Shown: positions 62,253 through 64,000 of the stretch, in pieces
Position numbering within the stretch: position 1 is the stretch's first letter
Layout of the letters: each line of letters begins with the position of its first letter
Assembly (NCBI GenBank): GCA_002633005.1
Contig: NMRA01000695.1
Location: 62,001-126,000, forward strand
From: Phoronis australis
Taxonomy: Eukaryota; Animalia; Phoronida
Reading direction: 5' to 3'
Length of the DNA stretch: 64,000 nucleotides
Program-made: the position numbers and the translations under genes
The notes under the pieces: generated by a model
Told to the model about the DNA's origin: nothing
Database searches by the model: none
Seen by the model: the letters and a program-made list of their open reading frames with translations, nothing else

Positions 62253-63965
62253 CTAAGGTGGAGGTACCTATAAAATAATAAAAAGACATCAAATGTATCA
62301 GCCTGTTAATAAATTTAATTAAGCTACTCTGAGAATTCTATTCAAGATGATGATATCTCTTGAAGATACCAAGTGAAAGCACTATAACAAAGAAGAGAGG
62401 CTGTTATTTTCATTTCCGCTATTGTACTAAAATCCTTCAATTCACATGTCCAATATTTTAACTTAAAAGTGATTAATCAGTACAATGCCACGCCAGGTGA
62501 CAACAATAACCATATTAATAGTAATAATAATAATAATAATAAAATAATAATATAATAATAATAATAATAATATAATAATAGCAATGCTATAATAATTATA
62601 AAATAATTGCCATTTACATTACGATCAGCAGGACCTACTTGTAGTCATTTACCTGGACATCATTGTTGTCTGGTGTGACTGACCGATGGATAAAGTGTGA
62701 CTGGTCAAGTGCAACATACTCGCCACTGTCAACTACCTCTTCATAGGATGGTAAACGTTGTGCCGTCAAGGTTGGCAGTAAGCCTGAAGATGCATCTTGG
62801 ACATCACTGCGCTCAGCTGAATACACAAGAATAATTCTATCTAACATGATCCCACAAGAATCGCTGAGTAGCAATACCGCATTTGTTAATCATACAATAT
62901 GAAGCTGGGATTAATGTCTACTTAAAAAACTTCTGAAAATCCACACTTAATTTCTTTACGCAGATATGCTTTCTGTCAACACATGTATGTAAAATGTAGG
63001 CATGCTCAATGCATCAACTAAACTAATCTTGTTAACATTTAAAGTTCTCCTCAAGAGTGGACTTTTTTAAAACGATGTATTCACCGTATTCGTGTCGGAA
63101 GGCGAAATTATAACTTTTTGTACACACAGTTACTGCACTTTTGTGAACATACCAAAAAAGTAATGTAACAGTCCTACAGCGCTGTCCATGCAGAGGAGTT
63201 TAACTAAAATGCTCTCATGCTGGCCATTTGTGAGGATCGGGCGGTTTTTCGGAAACTTACAGGTCTTGTTCCAGCCGAGCATAGTACACTTATTCCACAA
63301 TTTTATGAGTGCGGCGCAACTGTACAGTTCATCAGAGTTCTGTTGAAGTTTTGCCTAGTATATTTTGAAAACTGTTGTATCTGCCAATATGAAAACATGA
63401 ATAAAACAACTTCAACTCATAAAATAAGTCTCACAGTATTGTTTATCACCACGGTGATGGGATTTCATTCTTCAATTCGGAGCTTATTGGGATTGGGCAA
63501 CTTGAAAATTACCAATTCAAAAATGACGCATTTATGCATGTATTGCCTGTGACTTGCATTACAAGCTCATTCAGCAACAAATCAAAATCAGTTACAAACA
63601 GTATTGATTTTAAACCTCAAGACACTTCTATCCTTTCACATTTGACAGCTAAAAAACCGGAAAAGGTCCCTTTAAATGCATTGCCTGAATTTTTCACCAT
63701 TTTTACCTGGAGCACTTACTCTCGAAAAAAAAATCAACACCAATTCTCTGCAAGTCATATTTCACGATTCGAGTCATTCTACCTGCATTACTCCTCGTTA
63801 TAAGAGGGGTCGACACCTCCTGAGCGACGTCATATGATGGCGGTCTATCTTCAACTGTAGCAGCCACCCTTGACAACGCTTCTCTCAACTGTGATTCTTC
63901 AATATAATCATTTTGAACTCGAACAGCTGTCAGTTCTCGCTCAATGTGGTGATGGCGTCGCAGAC
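62253..63965 (-). CDS. 3' exons of an unidentified protein with PY motifs (probable cytoplasmic tail); 5' part outside the window
   Basis: Phase-consistent exons 63965-63783, 62816-62653, 62267-62253: LRRHHHIERELT..DRPPSYDVAQE..QRLPSYEEVV..DNNDVQVPPP*. The last donor choice is uncertain. Confidence 0.6.
62515..62600. repeat. (AAT)n microsatellite
   Basis: Interrupted aat tract in the last intron of the minus-strand gene. Confidence 0.9.
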
Positions 63966-64000
63966 CTGAAAAGCCAGGGAGTACAACAGATGCAGTTTGA

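Overview
Animal genomic DNA (spliceosomal introns, AT-rich, dense in small transposons; probably a marine bilaterian invertebrate, which is inference only). Five host genes can be reconstructed by hand from splice sites and reading-frame phase: the 3' half of ataxin-2 (+), a complete BPHL/valacyclovir hydrolase (+), two divergently oriented 3-exon SLC10 (Na+/bile-acid symporter family) paralogues (- and +), and the 3' end of an unidentified PY-motif protein (-). Most short ORFs in the track are spurious. The most interesting content is mobile DNA. It includes a miniature LTR element whose LTRs carry a tRNA-like Pol III promoter (Helenus-like TRIM), nested three levels deep. It also includes a 1.48-kb element with a 9-bp TSD carrying a spliced RecQ-type helicase fragment (AcademH-like), whose empty site is visible elsewhere in the window. 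Further elements are Kolobok/THAP derivatives (one with two left ends), several CA..TG elements with 5-bp TSDs, and Helentron-type (HINE/DINE-like) elements carrying tandem arrays of CTCF-like motifs. Two near-identical duplications abut single-N gaps and are most likely uncollapsed haplotypes. No CRISPR array, rRNA gene or intact tRNA gene was found. All coordinates were read by eye.
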